Shown: positions 14,601 to 28,100 of the stretch, one piece after another
How positions within the stretch are numbered: the stretch's first letter is position 1
Layout of the letters: the number at the start of each line of letters is the position of its first letter
From: Octopus vulgaris
Taxonomy: Eukaryota
Reading direction: 5' to 3'
NCBI GenBank assembly: GCA_951406725.2
Contig: OX597817.1
Coordinates: forward strand, 63,302,001 to 63,366,000
Length of the DNA stretch: 64,000 nucleotides
Program-made: the position numbers and the translations under genes
The notes under the pieces: model-generated
Seen by the model: only the letters and a program-made list of their open reading frames with translations
What the model was told of the DNA's origin: nothing
The model's database searches: none

Positions 14601-17600
14601 AGCACCTTTTTGATGTAAATAATCTTAGGCGTTAACATGGCCTGATTTGAATTTTTTCTACTAAGGAAGGAAGAGCAAGCCTTCTTCTATCATACTCTCA
14701 ATTTTGGTCAACTTGCGCCACAGGGTCTTGGAGAAGATAGTGTTAGTTGAAGGCTACCAAACCTGCCATACACATACAACTTCAGCTTTATATATATATA
14801 GAGATTACAGCATTGAAATCTCAAAGCTACAAGGGAATGCATGATTAATTCAAAACAATGTGAATAAATAAGCATTACATTTCACAGAATAATTTGAATG
14901 CTAAAGAGTTAAAGCATTTTCTAAGGCCCTTTTATTTTTAGTTTCCCCATCAAAAAGGTAATTCTGTTTGCCATTTTGTAATTTTCAGTTTGTAGTATGC
15001 ACAAACATGTGTATCTTAGCATTTTGTTTCTTTTACACTACACTTTAACCACCTATAATTATTCTATTGAGGGCACAAAGAAACCTGTGCTGTATTTTGG
15101 CATTCTAGAAATAGACAACTTTCCTCTTGTGTCTGTTACTTGTGGGCAAAGAATTCTGGCAATGATGTACTTTTCTTAGTTAAAAAAAATAACTACCATA
15201 CAGAGTTTATTTTTCTTGGCCAGATGGTTCATATTTAGTATCTTTGTTGTTGGTAGTGTTGGCTTAAAAGAAATCAATATCTTTTCACTGTTTTTTCATT
15301 TGGCAAAATGTGTGTGTGTGTGTGCATGTATGCATTGTTGTTCTTGTTTCTTATATAGCTGCAGATGTTTGAGATGACTCTTTAACAGATAAGTGACATT
15401 AGTCGTTGCTATCTGATAAAGAGTAATTTTTCCTCTGTGGATTTTTTATGTAGTTAAATTTCTTTTTCTCTTTGTGTTTCTTTTCTGTGCTCTCACATTC
15501 ATTGGACTTTTCTGACAGAAAGTCATTTAAGGTGGCGAGCTGGCAGAATTGTTAGCACACCGGGCAAAATGCTTAGTGGTATTTTATCTGCCGAGGTCGA
15601 CTTTGCCTTTCATCCTTTCGGGGTCGATAAATTAAGTACCAGTTATGCACTGGGGTTGATGTAATCGACTTAATCCGTTTGTCTGTCCTTGTTTGCCCCA
15701 TCTGTGTTTAGCCCCTTGTGGGTAGTAAAGAAATCGTATTTTGTCTGCCGCTATGTTCTGAGTTCAAATTCCGCTGAGGTCGACTTTGCCTTTCATCCTT
15801 TCGGGGTCGATTAAATAAGTACCAGTTACACACTGGGGTCGATGTTATCGACTTAATACCTTTGTCTGTCCTTGTTTGTCACCTCTGTGTGTAGCCCCTT
15901 GTGGGCAGTAAAGAAATAAGAAAGTCATTTTTGATTGTATGTAAAACACAATAAGATTGAAGATGTCTGGAAATGATAACCCAGAAAAGATCCTTAAGAA
16001 AATATTTAAAAAGACATGTTTTTTTTTCCTTTCAGTTATAATAATACATTCAGATTTTGGTACACAGTCATTTCGAGGGGAAGGGAGAAAGTCTATTACC
16101 TTCACCCCAATATTTGACTGGTGCTTTATTTTGTTGCCAAAAGCATGAAATGCAAAGATAACCTTGGCTGTATTTGAACTCAGAATGTATCAAGCCAGAA
16201 GAAATGCAACTAAGCAATTTGTCAAACATGCTAAAAATTCTGCCGGCTTGCTGTCGTAATAATAATAATAATAACTTTTGTATTAGCGGCACAAGGTCTG
16301 AAATTCTGTGGAAGGAGGCTGTTTGATTATATTGAGCCCAGTGCTCAAGTGACACTGATGTGATTGACCCTGAAAGGATGAAAGGCATAGTTGACTTCAG
16401 TGGAATTTGAACTCAGAATGTAAAGTAGGATGAAATGCTGCTAAACATTTTTTCCAGCATGCTGATTCTACCAGCTTGCCGCCTTAAGAATACTAATAAT
16501 ATTAACAATGATGATGATGATTCATCTCAAAATTTAGTTGTTTGCTGTTGTTAGCATTGCGGTTGTTTAACCCCAGGTCAGCTCTATTTGTGATCAAAGA
16601 TGATTCAACCTGTCTTTTTGTATATCCAGGATTTCATTATCCAATCCATCAATCCTTATTTTTCTTTTCAAAAGCAGCAGAGAATATTTGGGGGATGGCT
16701 ACTTTTTCTAGTAGGTCAAACATTCATTGACTCAGTGACAACACTAATTTTAGTTTGCTCTTTCCCCACACAATCAAAAATAAATAAATATGCAAAACTG
16801 GTAAGTTCCTTTCTCATGTACAGCATTTCCTATAATAATGAAACAGAAGTAATTAAATGTCATTTTTTTTTCTTGTTTTGTTTTAAATAATTTAGGACTT
16901 CCTGAGAATTTCCATAACAAAGACTGGAAGCCTCCGTCTGAAGCTCCGTGTATCATAAAACTTCTTTGTGAGAAACACAACGGACTTGTTGTTGATGCTA
17001 AGACAATTAAAGAACATCACTGGAAACCCTATTTGAAAGAACTTTTCAGGAAACCCCATTCGAAGCAAATGTTCAGGGAGCCCGTAAGCTGCTTGTTTCC
17101 TTCTTTTGATTTTTCCCCAAATATCCAATCAACACATACTTGTATAGATACATGTTTGTACTCACAGATATTCATACAGACATGCTCACCTACTCATTAA
17201 GATGTATACATGGGTTAGTGGTTAGAGCAGTGGACTCACGGTCGAGGGATCGTGGGTTCAAATCTCAGACCGGGCGATGTGTGTGTTTATGAGCGAAACA
17301 CCTAAGCTCCACGTGGATCCAGCAGAAGGTAAGGGCGAACTTCTGCTGACTCTTTCGCCACAACTTTCTCTCACTCTTCTCTCCTGCATCTAGCAGCTCA
17401 CCTGTGATGGACTGGTGTCCCGTTCAAGTGGGGAACCTATACGCTAAGAAACCGGGAAACCGGCCCTTATGAGCCAGGCATGACTCGAGAAGGAACAAAC
17501 AAAATACATCCACACGAACACATTTACGTGCACATGAACAAACACATGCATGCATATGTAATGCACTTTCTAATATGGTTATGCTTGCTGATGTCCATAT

Positions 17601-20000
17601 TTTACTAATGCCTCAATATATGAGTTAATTTGTTCCGGAAGATCGTGCTTGTAAAGCAAAAAAAACTCATAAAGCAGAGCAATTTCACATAGAAGCAATG
17701 AAATTTTATGCTGTCATTTTACTCCGTTGCTGTGTAGACACATCAGAACTGAACCAGTGTTGTCACATGTTCCGACATACACACAAAATGGCTGTTTAAC
17801 CTTATTTCAGTCATTTGACTGTGGTCATACTGGAGCACTGCCTTTAGTCGAGCAAATTGGCCCCAGGACTTATTCTTTGGAAGCCTAGTACTTATTTTAT
17901 TGGTCTCTTTTGCTGAGCTGCTAAGTTATGGGAACATAAACACACCAGCATCGGTTGTCAAGTGATGTTGAGGGGACAAACACAGACACAAACATATACA
18001 CACACACACACATACATATATATATATACATATATACGACGGGCTTCTTTCAGTTTCCGTCTACCAAATCTGCTCACAAGGCTTTGGTCGGCCCGAGGCT
18101 ATAGTAGAAGACGCTTGCCGAAGGTGCCACACAGTGGGACTGAACCTGGAACCATGTGGTTGGTAAGCAAGCTACTTACCACACAGCCACTTCTGCACCC
18201 ATTATAAAAAACAACCCGTAAACCTGGTGTCTCATAAAGCAGGTCCTCGTAAAGTGAGGTATTACTGTATCTTGTCTTCACTTCAGCTTTATCATTATTA
18301 TTATTTTAGTTTCCTTGTCAAAGCTCTTTCGTCGCACATCCTGTGACCTCCTCAACACATGGCTTCACATCGAGAACCTTGCAAAACAGATACTTACAGC
18401 CATGCTGGGGTACTGCCTTGAAGGGTTTTAATTAAACAAATCAACCCCAGTATTTATGTACTTATTGTATCAGTTTGCTTTGCTGAACAGCCAAGTTATG
18501 GTGACATAAACAAGCTAACACTCGTTGTCAAGCATTGGTGGGGGATGACAAAGGCATGCACAAATAGATACACACACACACACATATATATGCACAAAAT
18601 GTGCTCCCATATTGTTTCTATCTGCCAAATTCATGGACAAGGTATTTTGTATACATTCATATCAACAGGCTTTTTACAGTTTCCATCTACCAAATCCACT
18701 CACAAAACTTTGTTTGGCCTGGGGCTATATTAGAAGACACTTGCCCATGGTGCTACACTGTCGCTACACTGTCTGTGATCAAAGGTATACTTGATCAGGC
18801 TTGACCTGGGGCTAAAAAACATAAAATTAAATAAAACATATTTAAAGCACTGGTCTGCATGGGACCTTGGACGAGTGTCTTCTACTATAACCCCAGATTG
18901 ACTAAAGCCTTGTGGGCAGAAGGAAACTGAAAGAAGCCTATCATATTTATAATACATACACACACACATATCCACACATCCACACACACTTATACATGCA
19001 CATATGTGTATACATGTGTGTGTGTGTGTATAAATATGTGAGTGTGTGTTTGTGTCTCCTTGTCTTGGCATTGTGTAAACCTGTAAATGAATGTTATTCA
19101 TCTCCATTATTCTGCAAAAACATGTCTTGCTAGGGAGTAATATTACCTTGCTTGAAAACTGGTAAAGGTTCATAATAAAAAGGACATTTGGCTGTAGAAA
19201 ATCTGCCTCAATAAAGCCCCATCTAACCCATGCAAACATAGAAAAACTGACGTTAAAATAATGATGATTTCTAACATTGAAATCATTGTAAAACTGCCTT
19301 GCAGTATTAATTACATCTCTTTATGTTCCGAGTTCAAATCTCACCAGGGCTAACTTAGTCTTTTGTTTTTCTAGGATCAATAAAATATGTACTAGTGAAG
19401 TGTTGGTTGTCAATATAATTGACTGCTTTTTTCCCATAAAATTTCATGAACTTATACCTATCTTAGAAAGTACAAGTAATATACTGAAGTTTACTTTATA
19501 TTCTATAAAAATTATTCTTAAAGTTTTTCCATTGTGTTTTTGTTTTCTTTTCCAGATATTAAGGGGCAACGAAAGTAACTTAGCCGGTGTGTTGGACACT
19601 GGAAACTTTGAAGCTAATTTGTAAGTTTAGTTTTTATGTTTTATATGTTTTCTATATGCAAGCATATGGTTTTGGTCAGTCTCTCTGTACAGTACCTTAA
19701 GCACTTGAGAAGGGCTGATGAAAGACATGAAATTTGATAGACAGAAACTGAAAGTTCATTGCGTGCGAGTGTGTGTGATGTTAAACGATGATATATATAT
19801 ATTTATATTTATATATATATATATACACATACACACACGTGAGTGTGTATACATATATGTATGTGTTTTTATATATATATATATATATATAGGTGCTTGA
19901 CTGAGGAAAGAAAACTTCGAATGACCCGTCCTTGTTTTCTTCTTTGTATCGTCTATCTGGATGTTTTGTTGTCTCTTTTTGTATTCCCTAGCTGTATGTA

Positions 20001-20048
<48 letters not shown>

Positions 20049-23000
20049 TAGCTTATTTTAATGTTTAAAAGAAAGAGAAAAGAGAGCCTTAACATTTGAG
20101 ATGTTAGTCCTTCATCAGAAGAATAGCATAGGAAGTGTATGAGAAAGAGTGAAAATGGTTAAGAAGATATGAGAATGTGAAATCTTGTTGGGAGTTGAGA
20201 ATATCAGGGGGTGTGTTGCATATATAGGATTTGTCCGAAATTTTGAGATGGGCATAAGGTTGGGTATTAGTGAGCATGTGTGTGTCTAGTTTTTGTGAAA
20301 TATGTGTATGTGTGTAGAGGTCTGCAAGGGCAAAAGTATAGTGAAGTAGGTTTGTGAGGTATGAGATGTTGGTGTGTGTCTGTGGTGGGGGTGAGCCACT
20401 GAAGTAAGGATTGGGAATGGGCTCCAGTGTGGGGGTAAAAAGAAAGTAAGGGTGTGGGTGTGAGATGCTGTTACATGGAAGGAAAGCATTTGTATTTCTA
20501 AATATATAATTTGTTCAGTTGAAAATATATTTTGCAATACTAGGGAAGATTTCTTGTTTCCAGATTTAATTTTAAAAAAATGACATAATTTCATCTCTTA
20601 ATAAGCCCCCCCCCCAACCTTTTTTTTTTTTTTTTCAATTTAAGAAAGGTCGTTTCAATGAGTTTTCTACTTTTATTACAGTAAAGCAATCAACCGTGCT
20701 TATGGGGAATATGTCTTAAGAGTAGGAGATTTTGATGAAACGATATTCTTGGAAAATTACGCCACTGAAGAGATTGGAACTCCTAGAAATCAATCGGATT
20801 TTTCAGATGGAATTCCAATGGATCGAAGTATTCACCAACATTTGGATGAAGTGAGTGTTTATAAGAATTATTTATTTATGGGATTTGAATGACAACTTTT
20901 TGAGTGATTGAATGATTATTGATTATGACTGATGTTTTGTTAAAGCTAGAATCATTGATTCTTGCATCATTATGGAATCTATTTTTGGAGGGATACTAGA
21001 TTCATTGATTCTTGCATCATGGAATCTATTTTTGGAAGGATATCTAACACCAATCCTCACAAAAACAAAAGAAAAAGCTATGTTATGAACCATTCGTTGC
21101 TGCTTAATGAAGCAATGAATGGTTGAAACCTTAAATTAGAAAACCATGTAACATGAGAATGGGTTCAGAATATAGATAATTAAAAGAATAAAATGACAAA
21201 ATGAGAGAGATAATAAAAATGTAAACTCAGAAGAGAATGAGGCTAATTTAAATCGTTTGATACCAGCCTGCTGGAACAGCTCCTGATTCTATGATATATA
21301 CTCTTACTTTAAAATTGTGTAAGTCAAAACCTTCTGTCTAAATTTTATCATGCTCATTTATGTTCCAAACACCAGCTTAGTAACAACGACAAAGTTATCT
21401 TGCTAAATTCTTATTTATTTTAAGTATTAATTGAAGCAAAGGCATTATATTTCTGTAGAAAGGTGGTAACAAGGAATGTATAAGTAACTTGTAGCAACTT
21501 TATGACTGGAAGTTGGCATTAGAACAACATAGTTTGGAAAGAGGATTGTGTAATGATTGTGCATGTTATACTAAACTCTATGGGCATAGAACATCAGACT
21601 GCTATTTTAGCATTGGAAAATTTCCCAAGGGTGACTACTGTATGCAAAACTAGTTAAGTGATAGCCTTAGTACTTAAGGTATGGGTTTGTGCTAAGGCAG
21701 GATACCACTTGTGTCTCTCTTTCTCAGGAGACAAGCTGAGAGCAAGTCACTACAGGGTGTCGTGTAGCAAGTCAAGGAGCAAGTCCGACAGGGTGCTGTG
21801 CTCTGTAGTTTGATGGTTGCTATTCAGTTGGTCCACCGTGATCGACCATGGTCAATGTTTGTAATGAGTTCAGTAAGAAATTTAGGATGCAAGTAGGTTC
21901 CCTCTTGACCCTCTCCAGTTTATTACAGTTTCTCAGGCCTTACAAAAGTGTTTAAGACCAGCTGACTATAGGATCTTCTGTATACTAATGACCAACACTT
22001 CATGACTGATTCTGTTGAAGAATTAAAGAAATACCAAATGTGGAGGCAAAGCTTAGAATAAACAGGCCTTAAATGAGAAATGTTTAGTTAGGAAGAAGGA
22101 CTACTGTCATCTGAGGAATGACCATGCTCAGCATGTGTAAACAGAATAGTTATGGATTCCATACAGTTTACCTACTGTAAAACCAATGGTACACAAGAGG
22201 TGCAGAAAAATCACAAAGGACTTTGTATTTAGTGGATGCACAGGAGTAGTTAGCAGTAAGAGGTCTAATGAAATTAATTCCTTCAGTTACCCAGAAAGCT
22301 CTCGAGTATTAGTTGATAGCTTCTACTCTCTTGGGTAACCTAATTAGTAATAAAGGTGAGTTTTCTGAAAGCATAGCAGCCAGAGTAAGAATGGGGTGGG
22401 TAAAGTTCAGAGAGCTATTATATCTACCTACAACACACAAAAGGTTCTCTTCTTCAAAGCAAAGAACAAAAAGTATGATGCTTATTGATGAAGTGTAATA
22501 TTGCATTGTAATAAAATGCAAATATTATACATGGAAGATGTGAAAGGCTGGAAAGAAATAATGCTGCATGTGTGATGTTAGTGTGAGCAGATGATGGAGC
22601 ACAAATGAACTGAGAGAAAAACTGGGTACAAGAGGAATCAACCCTAGTATCCAAGAAAGAATATGCTGTGACAGACATGATGTGCATAGGTGTTAACAGT
22701 TAGTTATATAAGTACCAGCAAAATCTTCCAAATAGAAAGACCTGCAGTAGAGGAAGTCATCAAAAGAAGTGGTGAAGGCTGATCTCAGGACACTGAATTT
22801 CACAAACGAGATGGTAAAGGATAGTAGCAAGTAGTGAAATTCTATGATGGAAAAGAACTATTCAATCCATGCAAGAATGGAAAAATGAGTGCGAGAAAAT
22901 GATGAAGATAATTAGTATGTAATTTGAGGCTGACTTGGTTGCTATTTCTGGTGGTTTAGCAGCCATGTATAGGCTCTCATTGGTTTCATATTAAGCAGGT

Positions 23001-25087
23001 TGTTGGATTATGTTCAAGTGCTCTTACTGACTGATGAATGATAGGGTGTTGCTTAGCCTTGTGTTAATCATGATTGCACAAGCCTATGATCAAAAGCATT
23101 CTAGCCTTGACTGTCCCATTTTTTTTTTGAGGTTTCTATAGATGTGATTTGAGATTTAGCTGCTATTCTAGCAGATTGATTGACTGTGTAAAACAGTAGT
23201 TCTCAATCCATATAAGATTTGTTTTATTAAAATTTATGTGCAATAAATTGCATATACTTCTTCAATACACCAAATATCTTGACAATTTTTTTTAATGCTA
23301 TTCTTAAAAATATTAAGTTCCAAAAATATAATGGGATTTTTTAAAAGATCAAATGGCTAAGAGGGTCCACCCAAGTAAAATAGGAATCAAAGGGCCCATA
23401 GGTACAAAATGGTCAAGAAACACTGGTGTAGAAGCTCCCTTGTTTTATGTGGGATAAATGTTATTTGTCAGTGATTGTATTATTAGCTCATTGGCTAAAC
23501 TGGTTTTGATTTGATGTTTCATCTTATTTATTATCATTTCTAGTTACTGTTCTCTCTTGTTAAATTCATTATTTTTTCTTCTGCAGACACGAAGTCTTGC
23601 ACCACCAACCCCTTTGACAGGGCGGCGCTATCTGAAAGAGAAAGATCCCAACATCACGCCTATATCAACTGCTACTCAGAGTGTTAGTCGGTTGCAAGCT
23701 CTGTTGTCTGGCCGGAAGACCTCACCAAGTGAAGGCCTTATAGCAATATTTGAGTATGTTTGATTTCTTTCTTTCCCTTACTCTTGACAAGTAATGATTT
23801 TCATTAAGAAAAAAACAAAGAAAAAATAACTGGAAGCAGATATATTAAATAATGTAATAAATTTGATTGATTGAATCACTATCATTTAATGTCCATCTTC
23901 CATGCTGGCATGGATTGGATGGTTTGACAGGAGCTGGCCAGGTAGAAGACTACAGCAGGCTACTGTGTCTGTTTTGGCATGGTTTTTTACGATTAGATTC
24001 CCTTCCTAACACCAACCACTCTGCAGAGTGGACTGAATGCTTTTTACGTGGCACCAGCACAGGCGAGGACAGTTTTGGCATGGTTTTTACAGCTTGATAC
24101 CCTTCCAGATGCCAACCACTTGTCTGTGTGGACTGGATGCTTTTTATGTGGCACCAGCACTGGCAGGGTCACCAAGTAACTTGCAAGGCAAAAGAATTTT
24201 GAGAAGGGAGTGGGCTTTAGAGGAGGTGAATGTAAATTTCACACTAGTTTTATGTTCATTTGTGTTTACTTGCCAAAGATTTCATGTCCAATAGACATTT
24301 TTTATATTTAGCCAACTTTGTGTAGATATGTGGTTTCTGTTTCAGTCCCACTGCACAGCACTTAGGCCAGGTGTCTTCTGCTGTAGCTCAGGGTCAACAA
24401 AAGCCTTGTGAGTGGATTTCATTGGCAGATACTGAAAGAAACCTATTGTGTATGTGCGTGTTTATATATATACTTCTTATATAAGGATAAAACTTTTTCA
24501 TCAGTGGCCAGCATATTAAAATACCTTTGAAAGTGAAAATTATAAACAATTATAAATAAGGGCAAAAGAAAAAAAATTCTATACCTATATGTTGAAAAAT
24601 AGACTTTAGATAGTCTAACCACATACAAGATTTTTCACTATAAATACACAGCGTGCTGAAATGAGGACAGCAATCTAACAGAAATTTTTTTTAAATTCGT
24701 TATTCCCGAACCAGACCGATTTCTGTATTAATCCACAAGGATTCTTCCTTCTTCAGCGAGAAACATGATTAGAAATAAATGGAACACTCACATATACCCA
24801 TGGAAAAAGCAAATGCAAAGTCATGAGTACATTTAAGTACCCCAAATATATCCAAACAGAAATTTTGTAGCAAGCCTCAGCACATGCGTAGACTGTCTAG
24901 AAAAACTCAAGTAAAGTGGTTACCAGTCCTGAAGTGAATGGTAATAAATTTACTTCTAATATAAGGATAAAATTTTTCAGTGGCCAGCATATTAAAATAC
25001 CTTTCAAGGTGAAAGTATAAACAACTATAAATAAGGGCAAAAGAACAAATTTTTTCTTTTGTCCTTATTTATAATTGTGTGTATGTG

Positions 25088-25127
<40 letters not shown>

Positions 25128-25133
25128 TACATA

Positions 25134-25171
<38 letters not shown>

Positions 25172-28100
25172 CACACACACACACACACACATCATCATCA
25201 TCATTTAGCGTCCGTTTTCCATGCTAGCATGGGTTGGACAGTTTAACTGGGGTCTGTGAAGCCGGGAGGCTTCATCAGGCCCAGTCAAATTTGGCAGTGT
25301 TTCTACGGCTGGATGCCCTTCCTAACGCCAATACACACACATATAATATTGGTTGAGTCAGTTCCTTGCTACTCTGGAGCTTTGCCAGGTATAGCTTGCC
25401 TGATAACTCTTTGAGCATACAAGTGAAACTCCAGAGTAACACAGAAAAACTGGAGGACTGCTGCAATAAGTGTGTGAATCTGAGAGGGAAATATGTTGAA
25501 TAAGATCACTATTAACTGATCTGCCTGTATTTTCTTTTACCCAAAGCCAGGAACTTTTCAGCACTGCCTTGTATATCTATGTGCAGAGTAGTCACATATT
25601 TTCTCAACAGTAAGGCACTTGTTTCTCTATCATACTTTAACCTCTCAACACTTAGCATAAAGTCACCTCCCTCTTTTTTACATTCTCACTCAGTCGAGGG
25701 GGCATTTTGTCTTGTGAGCCATTTGGTGACTTCACTAGTATTGGTGTACAAAAATAGCATCCAGTACACTCTGTAAAGTTGTTGGCATTAGGAAGGGCAT
25801 CTAGCCCTAGAAGCCATACCAAAGCAGACACTAAAGCTTGGTGCAGTCCTCTGACTTGTTAGAGCCTGTCGAACTGTCCAACCCGTGGAAGGTGGATGTT
25901 AAAGGATGATGATGGTGATAGTGTGTTTATTTGTTTGTGTTTATATTTCATATTTTATATGTTTATATTTTATACAATTCAGTGTATGTAAACAAAATGT
26001 ACATAAGTTAATTTTTTATAGTTTTCACCAAAAGATATTATTTCAGAAATATTTTGAATTTAATAGTTCTTTGTGTAACAGTTGTATAGGTACAGGCATG
26101 GCTGTGTGGTAAAAAGTTTGCTTCCCAACCACATGGTTTTGGGTTCAGTCCCAATGTTTGACGGTTTATTTTAAAACATTTAAAAAATCTTGTGTGACCT
26201 AATTGTGAGTGAAATATCTGCATCATTCAAAAATTTAATTGTATTTAATCTTTGAGTTTTAAATTTTGAAATCTTCAATTATTTTTTTTTTTCCTTGTTT
26301 CAACCACAACAGAAAAGAATGGGTCTTCTTTTATTAATTCGTACTGTCTTCTTTTCGCTTCCTTTAAAATATTTTCAGGGAGTGTTCTAGGAATCCTTAT
26401 AAAGCAATCATGAATCGAGTGAAAGAAATGGGAGAGATATTTTGTACAAATTTCATTCAAGTGAGAATTATTTAATTTTTTCTTTTTTTTGATTTTTATT
26501 TCATAGTCAACATCGGCTGTTCTGCTTTGAAATGTATCTTTGAATAATTAACCCTTCGTTACTGTATTTATTTTGGGATGCTCTATGTTTCTTTCAATTA
26601 CTTTAAATATAACAAAGAATTTAGTAAAATAACTTAGTTATCATTAAGCTAGTGTTAGAAACATAAATTATGACTAAGGTTTGGTGGAAGATTTTAATTC
26701 AAAACTTATGAAAACAAGATATTTTACTCAGAGCCAGAGCCGGTTTCAGCCGGGTTGGTAACGAAAGGGTTAAATTGGAAAAAAAAATTCTAGATATTTC
26801 ATTATGTGTTTTGAACACACTTTAGAGCACTTACGGTTCTAAGACACAAAGTCTTTGTTTTTAAGTATTCAGGTTTTAACACTTTTGATACCAACCTGCA
26901 TGGGACCACCCCTGGATCTATGATATTAACTTCCAATTTAAAATGATCTGAATTAAAACCGTCCATGTTAATTTATGTTCCAAACTCAAGCTTAAAATAA
27001 CATTTATTTTACAAAATTCTTCATTTTTTTCAAAATTAATTGACATAATGTTAGTGTACACCAACAGAAATATGATAACTAAAAGGGTTAAACAAAAAAA
27101 TTATTTTCTTAAAGAACTTTTTTTGTTATATTCCAACCATCAGCTTCATAAGGAGAAATTTTATATATGGACTACTAGGAACTCTTTTGGATGTTATTAC
27201 CACTGTTTTTTATGATACAGAATGTTTCTAAATTTCCTTAGAGTTTGGACTTTTACCATTGTTAAAGTTTCATTAATTATACTTTTCATTTTTAATGATT
27301 TACAAGAGTTCTAAACAATTGGTAATTTTCAACAGAATACAAATATGTCCCAAAACATGAATGCTTGCTCTCTTCCTGTCATGAAGAACTTGTTTTTACT
27401 AATTCTTGATTATTTTCAAATTCAATTCAGAAGCATATACAATGTCTTTTGTTTAGAAATATGCTAACGAAATAGTTAAGCTTGTGTGTATCTTCAAAGT
27501 TAAATTGTTATCTGTAAAGAAATAAAATAAAATTACAAACTCTACTTAGAAACTCACTTCCGAGATCTGACAGCTAGCTTCATCTTTCTGTGGAAAGTTC
27601 TTGTCTTATCCAAATGTTGCCAAGTTCTAATATTTAAATTACTCAGGTACTATTTGAGAGATGGTTATGTTACATTTTAGAAGGTTAACTTTCATGGCCA
27701 AATATGTTGTGTGCACACATACATTAAAAAAAAAAGACTCTGCCGGTTACGACGATGAGGGTCCCAGCTGATCCGATCAACGGAACAGCTTGCTCGTGAG
27801 ATTAACGTGCAAATGGCTGAGCATTCCACAGACACGTGTACCCTTAACGTAGTTCTCGGGGATAATCAGCGTGACACAGAGAGTGACAAGGCTGACCCTT
27901 TGAAATACAAGTACAACTCATTTTTGCCAGCTGAGTGGACTGGAGCAACGTGAAATAAAGTGTCTTGCTCAAGGACACAACGCGTCGCCGGGAATCGAAC
28001 TCACAACCTTAAGATCATGAGCCGAATGCCCTAACCACTAAGCCACGCGCCCTCACTCATACATACACAGACACACGTACACATAAAATACAATGTAGCA

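Noticed and set aside
19895-19995. Hammerhead motif at ctgagga..gaaa..
   Set aside because: The core and stems could not be assembled convincingly; at most a decayed repeat fragment inside a (TA)n tract.
27980-28056. tRNA gene
   Set aside because: A/B boxes are present but they are the head of a dispersed SINE with a body and tail; no complete cloverleaf could be supported.
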